From Veleropilina oligotropha (Eukaryota): a DNA stretch of 64,000 nt. Positions 53,718 through 64,000 of this stretch are shown here, piece by piece (position 1 is the stretch's first letter; each line of letters begins with the position of its first letter). The stretch spans positions 1 to 64,000 of the forward strand of contig JBEUKZ010000108.1 of the NCBI GenBank assembly GCA_048128005.1, given 5' to 3'. The notes under the pieces are model-generated. The model saw only the letters and a program-made list of their open reading frames with translations. It was not told where the DNA came from and made no database searches. The position numbers were made by a program, and so were the translations under genes.

Positions 53718-56093
53718 CAATCCGATAATCACCTGTGGTAAATGGCAGGCCTCTGTTTTGTATTCAACAGGGTATTCATGTGGTCAATGCCAAAACTTTC
53801 CAGAATTCGGTATGTCACTTGTCGCTCGCTGTGTTGTGCTTTTGCAAGGATATATGTAAATTTCGTTGCAATTCTTGCAAAGATTTTTACTAAACTTTTT
53901 AACTTTAAAAGCTGTATTACATGCATATATCCAGGGCTAGACAAATTCTAAAAACTGTCATTAGTTATCAACAAGGAAAAACCTAAATAAACGGCACTTA
54001 TAGGCTTAGTATTCGATTTCTAAATTATATTATAAGACGCATAGATAAATAATTTAACAGTTCCATTACAAAAATGATATATGACTACTAATGAATTGAT
54101 CCAGAATTCTTCCAGCGAAACTGTCGCAAGGATCACAAATGTTCGCTTGAATGACTGCTTCATATAGTGACGACATATTAGGCTCCCTACATTTACACGT
54201 TTCTTATACAAAAAGTGGACGATAGGTCTTATAATCAACATTTAATCAGAAATGTAATTTTAAAGGCTCAACATTTAATCGGAAATGTTCTTTTAAAGGC
54301 TAACCTTTCATTAACGGCGGCCATTTTGAAATGAAGCTCGACCATCCTCCACAGCAGGGTACAACTCGGCCGGACTATAGTTCTGATTAAACCACTTTCG
54401 TTTGTGAATAGTTCCAACATAATTGATAAATCGCAGCAACGATAATATAAGCGGCGGTATGTGCCCCTGCCTGTCAACTGAATACCACTGTCAAACGTTC
54501 GTCCAGTTCAACAATGAAACATTTTTAGTGTTGAGATTCGGTACTTTGGGGACTAGTTTGTAATTTCCGTAGTATGCCATTTCGTTGCATTTCAACATTA
54601 AATTAATGTATATGTTAGTTTTTGGCTCGCATGCCACGCAAATGCGAGTATATGTAGTAATGAGCATGTCATCTGGCCGTTCGTCCGTCCGACCGTATGT
54701 CCGACGTCCGATTTTGTTGCTGCAAACAAACACACTATCTTGGTCGGCCATCTTGATATATAAATACATTAACCTGACTCATAATTTGTGATTTTTCGCT
54801 AGCCCAGGTCTAGTGGATTTATCCAGCCCTGAAATATATCTCTGTAGTAACTCTTTACACAGTGGCTATTCGTACGGAATGTGTACGATAAATCTGAGGT
54901 CGAAGACAGAACATAAATGTTTCATGTGAATGTCTGATGCACAGAGATCGTGCACATGCATGCACAACAAATATTTTCTGCATGAAGTAACATATAGTTG
55001 ATGTTGTTTTCTTACAATATTGTCAGTTTAGGGATTGTTAAATATTCTATGCATTACGGTCAAAATAAAAGTAAGAATTAACAAGGTTTGTTACCTGTTT
55101 AAAATTTCAAAGTGGGTTTTTAAAGGAAATAAAAATATCAAAAGGAACAGTCAATTTTATTGCCGTACTTCTAGAAAACATCGTCATGGTTACCATACTG
55201 ACCAGCAGTTGATTACCCTGTGACATCAAGCAGCATTAAGAACTATATTTAATTTATATTCCATTCTCGTAACCACTTCTAGAAATTTAAAGCAAGCCAG
55301 TTTGCCAACCTTGTGTCATCTATCAACCACTCTGTACTTCTGGTCTAAACATGATTCCGTACTCGTAGCCACGTTAAATTTTTATCGCTTTCCGCCAATC
55401 TGAATCATTTACTCTGATATGATATTTTAAATACTTACTGTGAAAAATGCTTTCCGATCCCATGAAACCTTCTATACAGTGTGTACTTGTGTACATGCAG
55501 GAGGTGCCATCTGGAGCCTCGTGCATAATGTGACAGTTCTTTGTCTGATGTAAAATAAATTGTATACAAACTTGGGATCGAATACTGAGCGTGCCGCCAA
55601 TTTTACCTTGATCGCTGCTCGCATTGCACACAGCACCAATTCATTTCATCATTCAAAGTTGATTGACCAGATTTACGCTTGACATACTGTTGGTGTGATC
55701 GTTAAGCATCAATTCATCATTATCATCAAATACTTGGCTAGTTATTTGTCAGATTTAGTTTTAAGTATTACTCAACTTCGTAGTGTTTTGGATTCTTTCC
55801 AATGATATCGCGTTGGATGTAAGTCGTCATATGATTGTAAAATCATGATCGCTTCAACTAATATATCATATACCAAGTAATGGATGTCAGCAATATTTTA
55901 TGACAAAACATCAACGATTTATTTCCATCATTATCCACCCTGTTCACTTTTTCAAGTTTTCACTCTTATTTTAATTTTATCCAAGCACACGTCTTCTGAA
56001 AAAGGGTTCTTTAAATTTCTACAAAACTATTTTGTTGAACGATGTTATAATTGAATCAATGTGCTACATGTAGTAGAAAGAGGAGGAGGAATT

Positions 56094-56340
56094 ATGCTTA
56101 ATGTCCTGTATATTTACAACATCGAGGTTCAAGGCAGGACATGTCCGTGTTATCGCGGGAGGAAACCCCGGTCGCCCGGGTAAACCCGCCCTCTTCGGCC
56201 AGTCACGGACAACTGTGATTCATAACTTGAACAAATTTCAATGCCTCAGCCAGGTATTGAACCCACTACTGTTCGCATTAGCGGAATCAAGCCAGTGAAT
56301 TTAGAGTGGACACTCTACCCACTGCGCTGCCGAAGCGGCC
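56094..56340 (-). mobile_element. tRNA-derived SINE, near full length
   Basis: The minus strand starts GGCCGCTTCGGCAGCGCAGTGG (A-box-like), has GGGTTCAATACC (B-box-like), then a core GGTTTACCCGGGCGACCGGGGTTTCCTCCC reminiscent of Meta/V-type SINE cores. Several copies in the window. Confidence 0.8.
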
Positions 56341-57474
56341 GCTAGTAGAAAGAGAAGACCTATTAAATTAGTCTGTAGATAGATAAATATTAATCCATAT
56401 TGATAATTATTCATAATAATAATGCGATTTCTTATTATTTTTAACAAATATGAAATTATCGGCATGGTGACAGTATAATCGCGATGCTAATGTAATAACT
56501 ACTGCGTGAAGTTGCCGATTTTTAACAGCTATCTCAAGTTACCGCACACATCAGCTTAATGATTTGTGATTTGCTTGATGACCAGAATCTAACCCTCAGC
56601 GTGAAATCTGTGTTTTATATTGACCTGCTTTTGCAGCATTTTGACATCAATACATTTACTAACAAGTGATTTTAATGTTGTGTGATAATGAATACCTTTT
56701 CTTAAATGTATAATATATTATTTCTCAGTATATTTTCAGCCAGGACATTGAATTAGTTTTTGATACTACATGTCTTAACACTTTTATCCTCCCCATACAC
56801 TGAAAAGATTTTCTCATCTAGGATATCCAATAATAATTGCCTGCTCAAGATATCCTTTCCATGGATATCCTGTCATGTGACATGGACTCGGACAGATTGA
56901 GTGAAAATCTTTCCGGAGGTTATTTAGAATATTATGAGGTGGCAACCCACAAATATTTTCATTTTCGATACCATTTCAAATTTCTGATATTCTATGACAG
57001 CCTTTTGTTTTCTCTTTCCTGCTATATTTGTACTGCTGTATCATTTACGTGATGCAATCAGGTCTTAAGTTTTCTTCCTTGGTGGCAAAATATTGTGGAA
57101 AATTATATAAATACATAAATAATAACGGAACACTGTCTGACTGTTATAGTCATAAAATTGCTTTATGTAACCATGATAAACTCAAACAAGCCTTGGTGTT
57201 TCTAAAGGTAAAATATTTTTATTTGAGTTTTGATATGTTTCTCTTTCGTCGTGTTTCCAATATACATAGCAAATGTAATTTTGGCAAGTGCTTGGTTTAG
57301 TCTAAATCGTAATGCCATTGTCGTTGATCTATATATAGCATGGTAGGTTGTTACCTTCTGCATCTTGTCTACTCGAGGCTTTGTTTATTTTATCAGCATG
57401 TTTTTCTTGCTTGCTGAATGCTTTCTCCGTTCTCTTGAACTGTTATCATTCAAATTTTCGTTTCTCCTATCCAG

Positions 57475-57618
57475 GACATTAGTCATATGTTAGGATCCAC
57501 AAAATATGAAGTGTCTTCGTTTTCCCACCTGTCGGAGGCGGGCGGATCATTGTCGTCTTTCTGGGTGCCTTTCCTCGTGCAAAAATATCAAAAGCACATT
57601 GTGTCTACGTTGAAATAA
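57475..57618 (+). CDS. DDAH: DDAH-like gene B, alternative terminal exon 5a (285-aa isoform)
   Basis: Strong pyrimidine tract ttttcgtttctcctatccag|, then DISHMLGSTKYEVSSFSHLSEAGGSLSSFWVPFLVQKYQKHIVSTLK*. In phase 0 and homologous to exon 5b and gene A exon 5. Confidence 0.7.
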   Translation, partial: DISHMLGSTKYEVSSFSHLSEAGGSLSSFWVPFLVQKYQKHIVSTLK

Positions 57619-57739
57619 CCAGGTGCTGTCTCTTAACCTATGCATGCTTCTATGCATTCAATTTGACTTCGTAAAGTGCTGACCTGAGGGGGTTAAATTG
57701 TTGCTCAAAATGCAATCGTACTCCGTGATTGCAATCAGC

Positions 57740-58255
57740 CACTCCAACAGTTTCTGTTGCAGACTTTGAAATCACTGGCTTGATTTCTCCTATATGAACA
57801 GGAGTAGATTTGAATCTCGGCTAGGACATGACAATATCTTTTCAGTTATGAATCACAGTTGTCCGTAACTGGTTGGAGAGGGTATGAATCACAGTTGTCC
57901 GTAACTGGTTGGAGAGGGCATGAATCACAGTTGTCCGTAACTGGTTGGAGAGGGTATGGATCACAGTTGTCCGTAACTGGTTGGAGAGGGTATGAATCAC
58001 AGTTGTCCGTAACTGGTTGGAGAGGGTATGAATCACAGTTGTCCGTAACTGGTTGGAGAGGGTATGAATCACAGTTGTCCGTAACTGGTTGGAGAGGGCA
58101 TGAATCACAGTTGTCCGTAACTGGTTGGAGAGGGTATGAATCACAGTTGTCCGTAACTGGTTGGAGAGGGTATGAATCACAGTTGTCCGTAACTGGTTGG
58201 AGAGGGCGGCTTTCCCCGGGCGATAATGTTGTAAATGTACGGGACATTCAGCAGC
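57740..58255 (+). mobile_element. SINE copy with internal 36-bp amplification
   Basis: The head resembles 53470-53590, and the core resumes as GGCGGCTTTCCCCGGGCGA after the array. Confidence 0.75.
57848..58207. repeat. Minisatellite, 36-bp unit ATGAATCACAGTTGTCCGTAACTGGTTGGAGAGGGT x10, inside a SINE
   Basis: The unit occurs once in other copies of the SINE (e.g. about 46130-46163). Confidence 0.96.
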
Positions 58256-59104
58256 AGGCCTTTCATTTCCTTAGCACCTGTTGTCGACGGTGTTAAAGTG
58301 TTGCTCTAAGTTCAATCGCACGGATATGTTTGATTGCAAAGACTGCTCGGAGAGTTTTTGAATCTTACTTTATGCAGTTAGTGTCACAGTTGTCCATATC
58401 TGGCTGCTGCAGGCTGTTTCTTCCTGCTAGAATATGGAAATGTCCTAAGACATTAAGCATAGATCGAAACCAAACCGAAACTTCCTGAATTTTTAGCAAA
58501 TTGCATAATGAAATTTTGTCTTTTTTTTAGAAATAACTTTTTTCAATAATTTTTACAAAATATGAAAACATAATGAATTGCGTATTGCTAACAAGAAATC
58601 TATGTGTTGTAGTTTACTTGCTTTTCATTAGCAGGTGTGGATAATCCCATCTCGATAAATATATACTTGTTATTTTGGTATATAACTCCTGATTGTGAAT
58701 GAGTAAGGTGGTTTACTTCCTTGAGGCTTTTATAATTGCTCGTTTTGTTGATTCTTCTATAAACACATGACGGACACATATTTTGGAGAGCTCAAATAAT
58801 TATAGTACATTTTATTGTAGGTAATTTCTAATTTTCCAGATTTTACCTTGTATTAAAAATGAAATTACTTATGCATTATCTCACTATTTTATTCTAGTTA
58901 TCCCTAATTTCATAATTTTCTGTAGGACAGTACATTTATAAGTGTAACAAGTTGCCATGACAACTAGACTAGGGATCTTAGTCTCACCTTCAGCTCTCCG
59001 ATTATGATTATATTATATACTTATTCATGAATAATTCTTATTTTCAGTGATGAACATTAATTGTATGCGCTTCTTTTTTTCATTCATTATGTTGGACATT
59101 TCAG

Positions 59105-59293
59105 ACCCTGGATGAAAAGATTCCATACACCAAGCACGCGACCCCGCTGGCAGCGTTGAATAAAGCCGGCGGGACCCTGTCTAGTCTCTCGCTCCTGGTC
59201 AGAAAGTCCAAGCACCCCAAGAAGATTAGCTCGACACTTAACGACGAAGACTTATCGAAATACTCCATGGTCAAAGAGTCCCCGTACGAATAA
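59105..59293 (+). CDS. DDAH: DDAH-like gene B, alternative terminal exon 5b (300-aa isoform)
   Basis: Acceptor catttcag|, then TLDEKIPYTKHATPLAALNKAGGTLSSLSLLVRKSKHPKKISSTLNDEDLSKYSMVKESPYE*. KAGGTLSSLS aligns with KADGCLTCSS. GC-rich, codon-like island in AT-rich flanks. Confidence 0.85.
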   Translation, partial: TLDEKIPYTKHATPLAALNKAGGTLSSLSLLVRKSKHPKKISSTLNDEDLSKYSMVKESPYE

Positions 59294-59386
59294 GGCTTCA
59301 TCATGACTCTCTAGACAAACAGAAATTATCAGTGGAAATGCATTTTAAGCTATAATCTATCGTATAGTATTATTATCCATATATGA

Positions 59387-59392
59387 AATAAA
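59387..59392 (+). terminator. Candidate polyadenylation signal after exon 5b
   Basis: AATAAA about 95 nt after the stop codon, followed by a T/GT-rich tract. Confidence 0.45.
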
Positions 59393-60019
59393 CTTGTTTT
59401 GACTTTGTAGCATTCCGAGTTTCATACTGCTGTATGTTTCCGTTGTTATTATATGAATTATGGAAGAACGGTCAAAGGGACTGTAGTGCCTTATAAAATG
59501 TCACCTTTTATCCAAAGCTGTATTTCGGTGTTAAACTATATGTACAATTTCCATATTTCCTTAGTAAAAAAAATTCACGAAATATCAAATAAACGTAATA
59601 TTATCCAAAAAATATATATACACTAGCCTAAGTAGAAATGAAACCAATACTGTCAGAATTTCTTTTCTATTTCTACCTCGAATAATCCCCCCCAAAAATC
59701 AACACCGAATATAGCTCTGTTTGACATAATTTTTTCAGAACAAATCTAATTTTCATATTTTTTCAGTTTATTAATTATGATTGTAAAGATGCTGTTCAAA
59801 GATATAAATATGAAACTGTCATAAATTTGTATAGTGTTCATTGGAAATATATTCAATAAGTTTTGCTTAAATACATCACAGTTAGAAAAGTGTGCATTTT
59901 GGCCAATATAGGACACAGTCCATTCAATAGTTATTTTTACATGGTGATATGTTGGCAGTAGTTTAACAAATGTAGTTGCAAGCTTAAGCAGGTAGGGCCC
60001 CTGATACATGATATATTTC

Positions 60020-61416
60020 CTTATCACATGACAAAGCTGTTATGAAACGGCTAAATCCATTTCATAAATTCAATATGAATCACAAGTTACATAAGTATGC
60101 AAATGTTTCCATCCGTAGTCGCATCTCCCTAATTACCATATTGAATAATTTGTGTTGACTTGTCCTCTGCTGACAAAACAAAGACGTCTTGAGCTAGTAT
60201 CAAATTACCGGACTATTTTTATTGGCGTACGTGTGTATTTTGGCATAGTATGTGCTGTCGAGGCGTGATGCGTCTGAAGCAGGCCATTTTATGAATGAAA
60301 ATACTGACATAAATCAATTTAAAAATGTAAATAAATGTTTAAAAACATAAAAAATAAATTTGAAGGTAAATAAAGTCATGTGATAAAGAAGCTCTCAAAC
60401 TCGTGTCCATTTCAAATGAGAATTATGAAACTAGTCAGGAAATTTAATTTGTGCCCGACTCGTTTCGTAATTATCCCCCGCAAATTTTTTTTGCGGGGGA
60501 TATTAAAATGCAGACCGTCCGTCGTCCGTGCCAAATTATCTTTTCCGGAGCATATCTCATACACCGCTCGACATAACTTTTCGAAACTTCCTTGGTGTAT
60601 CAAGTACTTTGTGAACTGGTGCCTTTTGCTAGTTTCGATGTTGTGTCGCTATTATTAACAGAGTTATTTCCCTTGTTATAAATTCGTTATCTTTTCCGGA
60701 GCGTAGCTCATACATCGCTTGACATAACTTTACGAAACTTGCTGGATGTATTCATTAGTCGGTGAACTGGTGCCTTTTGCTAGTTTCGACATTGTGCAGT
60801 GATCATTAACAGAGTTATTTCCCTTGTTCTAAATTCGTTCGATTTCTCTTTTCCGGAGCATAGCTCATACACAGCTTGACATAACTTTACGAAACCTGCT
60901 GGATATATTAAGTAGTCTGTGAACTGGTGCCTTTTGCTAGTTTCGACGGGTGGTGATCATAAACAGAGTTATTGCCCTTGTTGTTAATTTGTTACTGTTC
61001 TCTTTCCGAAGCGTATCTCATAAACCGCTTGGCAGAACTTTACACAATTTGGTGGGTGTATTAAGCAGTTGTTGAACTTGTGCCTTTCGTTAATTTCGAC
61101 ATTGTACGTCAAATATTCACAGAGTTATTGCCCTTGCTTTAATTTTGTTATTCTCGACTAGATCTCATACAGGGCTCGAGTTATCATTACGAAACTTGGT
61201 GGGTGTATTTAGTATTTGGTTAACTGGTGCCTTTCCATAATTTTAACGTGGCGTCATGATTAATGACAGAGTTATTGCCCTTGTTATTATTTAAATCAAC
61301 GATATTGTTTAAAGAACATACAGCATATAGTAATTATTGTGAATGCACCATTGCAGGGGATATTGATGGCTTTGTCTTGTTCTCATATGAAATGGAAACT
61401 CGTTTGAGATCCTCTA
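60020..61416. mobile_element. Second copy of the foldback element, split by a HINE
   Basis: 60110-60472 and 61382-61416 match the reverse complement of 17019-17373 plus 19244-19310. Confidence 0.75.
60473..61381 (+). mobile_element. HINE-like element with about 5 core repeats of about 150 bp
   Basis: 5' hairpin TATCCCCCGCAAA...TTTGCGGGGGATA, a (CCGT)n tract, tandem cores and a 3' subterminal repeat TGCAGGGGATA; inserted at TT. Confidence 0.85.
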
Positions 61417-61698
61417 TTTGTCGCATGGTATTAAACTTAGTCAATATACGTGTTTGGATATAAAATTTTGCTTTGTGGATTAATAGCAGGTAAGAACAAA
61501 GGGAACAAATATATTGAAAAATAATAGTGTATGCAAATTTGGTACAGCATGTCTTTTTAGTGACGTCAGAGTACCAGTAATAACTAGATAATGGATGTAG
61601 GTAACTACCCATTTTCTATCAAATTGAATCTAGTGCAATGAATTTATTGGATTGACTTACTGGTTTTCAGACCTCGTTGAATGAACAAGTAACAGCTT

Positions 61699-62737
61699 TT
61701 TAGCTCCGCTATGACGCCAGTCAGCGGAGCTTTTCTAATACCGAGTTGTCCGGCGTCCGTCCGTCCGGCATCTCCATTTGACTTCAAATGCATATATCTC
61801 AAAAACTGTCTGATAACTTTTTTTCTAATTTGGTATGAGTCTTCCTTATGATGTACTCAGGAAAAATTAAAAAATTCTACGTCTCGGTTTTCCTGATATT
61901 CATGTTTGTTTGTCTGTTTGTTGTCAATTTGTCAGATTTCAGTCAATATCTGAAAAACTGTCTGATAACTTTTTTTCTAATTTGGCATGAGCCTTCCTTA
62001 TGATGTTCTGAATATAGTGTGAAAATTAAAAATTTCTACGTCTCGATATTCACGTTTGTTCGTCTGTTTTTGAGGCCATTTTTCAGATTTCAGTCAATAT
62101 CTCAAAAACTGTTTGATAACATTTTTTCTAATTTGACATGAGCCTTCCTTATGATGTTCTGAATGTACTGTGATAAAAGAAAAAAAATCCACATCTCGGT
62201 CTTATCGATATTCATGTTTGTTTTCAATATTTCAGATTTCAATCAATTTCTTAAAATCTGTCTAATAACTTCTTGTCTCATTTGGCATGGGCCTTTCTAA
62301 TGATGATTTGATTGTACTTGCCTCCCCCCCCCAAAAAAAATCTCTACTGCTTGGTTATCCTGATATTCTCGTTTCTTTAGATTTCAGCCAATTCCTCAAT
62401 AACTATTTGATAACTTTGTTTCTAATGAGCCTTCCTTATGATGTTCTGAATACACTCTTTGAAAATTTTACGTCTCTGTTGCCCTGATATTCACGTTTGT
62501 TTGTTGTCAATACTTTAGATTTCAATCAATTTCGTAAAATCTGTCTGATAACTTTTTGTCTAATTTAGCATGGCCCTTCCTTTTGTTCTCTGCAGAAATT
62601 TGTAAATTCTATATCTTGGTTATTCTAATATTCTCGTTTGTTGTCAATTTTTCAGATTTATTGACAATAGTGAAGTAATCAAGTTTAAATAAATACGGGT
62701 CTTTAGTGGAGCTCTCTAGGCCGATAGGCCTATTGTT
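61699..62737 (+). mobile_element. HINE-like element with tandem core repeats
   Basis: 5' AGCTCCGCT...AGCGGAGCT, a (GTCC)n tract, about 150-bp degenerate cores, and 3' AGTGGAGCT plus a TAGGCC-GATA-GGCCTA hairpin. Confidence 0.82.
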
Positions 62738-63893
62738 ATTGTTTCTATTATTTTTAATCTTAATTTAAAGTAGATGGTCATGATTGTAAAGGTCTATCAA
62801 AAGATTTAATCTTTTATGAACGATCAATTATATTCACCACATTAATAAGACCACTTCGCGAAAAATGCAATTTATGCTTTATCTCCCTTTTTCTTGATGA
62901 TTGAATATGTTTGATCAGTGTGAACATTCACGTCTTGGAATATTGCATGTTGTGCTTTATTTTAATGTTTGACCATCCACAGAGTTAAGTAAATATGGAT
63001 GTTACTTTCTTGTTATTCTTAATACATTGTTAAATTTAACTTAAAACACAATAAAGGGTCTATATTTTTATACACCATCTTATACCTAACTCTTGCCTTT
63101 TTATATGTAAATTATCTTTGAAATAATGGTGGTTGCTGTTAGCATTATTAAAATGCAGTTAAGTTTATCAATTTTATCGTATTGCATGATTGATCATATG
63201 AAATTTAGTGAGTAATGTGTACAATTTATATAGTCAGTTCTCTTTTACGATTAATTTTGTTTTACAATTAGATATACAATTGTTTCTTGATAACATTTTA
63301 TGTTCAACTTAATTTCTCAACAATTCAAGTTGAACTTCTTTACTGTGAAATGAAACATTCTCTTTTTATTATTCTACATATTGATATTCTAGAATCCTAT
63401 CAACAATAATATTATTGTTGAATTTTTTTCAAATATGTTTTAGAAATTTTAATACAATTTGTGTATATCTAAATAATCTTTCAAGTTGTTTATATATATA
63501 CATGTATATCCTTGACTTATTTATAGCCGTTTCATACCAGTAATTTTCTGAAGTGCTGGTTATTTCGCTTATGCAGTAATTGAATAAAGGTGTAGCTTCT
63601 ATACTAGACTGCCGTTTCCTCACCTGTTATAGCTTGTTGATATCATTAATTCCAACAGGAAAACGTAATTTAACACCTGTTGTATAGTCTAAGTTTTGGT
63701 AATAAAACTAAAACTACACTTCTTGTATTTTAATATTAAGTATAAGCGATAAAATAAGAGCGGATCATCTTTGATGTCCATCAGATATCCGATTTCCTTC
63801 CTCTGTATCAGTAAGTAAGCAGCAGACAGCACCAGACATTATTCCCTTCAAGGTCACGTGGACTATTTGACTATTATAGTCCGGGTTTCTTGG

Positions 63894-63998
63894 TTAAACC
63901 AGCTGAAAATTTTGTGGCATGCTCCTGCAGCAGTAGTCAGCTATGCTCTGGCCGGTGAGGGCATATTTTTCAAGCGGCAGGGCTTTCTTTCCCAGATA
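63894..63998 (-). CDS. Possible terminal coding exon of a convergent neighbouring gene (runs off the window)
   Basis: Open frame YLGKKALPLEKYALTGQSIADYCCRSMPQNFQLV* in a GC-richer island, followed on the minus strand by a long AT-rich, UTR-like tract. No family recognised. Confidence 0.35.
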   Translation of the reverse strand, partial: YLGKKALPLEKYALTGQSIADYCCRSMPQNFQLV

Positions 63999-64000
63999 AA

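Noticed and set aside
55431..55553. Third copy of the gene B last exon (..VHAGGAIWSLV..)
   Set aside because: No AG acceptor at the expected position, and the region shares GGTGCCATC and the downstream TGCACACAGCA..CAAAGTTGATTGACCAGATT block with the transposon remnant at about 23580-23740.
53475..56340. tRNA genes at A/B-box-like motifs
   Set aside because: No complete cloverleaf. The motifs continue into a shared SINE body present in many diverged copies.
56744..56803. ccag|GACATT.. frame DIELVFDTTCLNTFILPIH* resembling the start of exon 5a
   Set aside because: Similarity is limited to two codons and the AGGxLSS motif is absent.
7640..58207. Tandem arrays (25, 31, 35, 36 and 67 bp) as CRISPR arrays
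   Set aside because: Units are head-to-tail with no unique spacers, there are no cas genes, and the context is intron-containing eukaryotic DNA.

Overview
AT-rich, repeat-dense metazoan genomic DNA, probably from an invertebrate (a lophotrochozoan origin is inferred from the repeat types). It is not prokaryotic, and most long ORFs in the track are artefacts of tandem repeats. The window holds two tandem, same-strand, five-exon genes of the dimethylarginine dimethylaminohydrolase (DDAH, pentein-fold) family with identical intron positions and phases. Gene A (CDS 16227-21741, 275 aa) keeps the Asp/His/Cys catalytic triad. Gene B (CDS from 44628) has an intact reading frame but has lost the catalytic His and Cys and a substrate-binding Arg, so it looks like a pseudoenzyme. 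Gene B also has two duplicated, alternative last exons (57475-57618 and 59105-59293). The most unusual structure is minisatellites built from an exon 3' end plus its 5' splice site: about 70 copies fill intron 3 of gene B and 7 copies follow exon 4 of gene A. Two more arrays upstream of gene A also carry a donor consensus in their units. Other minisatellites grew inside SINE and RTE-LINE copies. The rest is nested transposon debris: CR1/L2-type and RTE LINEs, tRNA-derived SINEs, Helentron-like HINEs, hAT, Harbinger and Academ-like pieces, and foldback elements. There are weak hints of neighbouring minus-strand genes at both edges.
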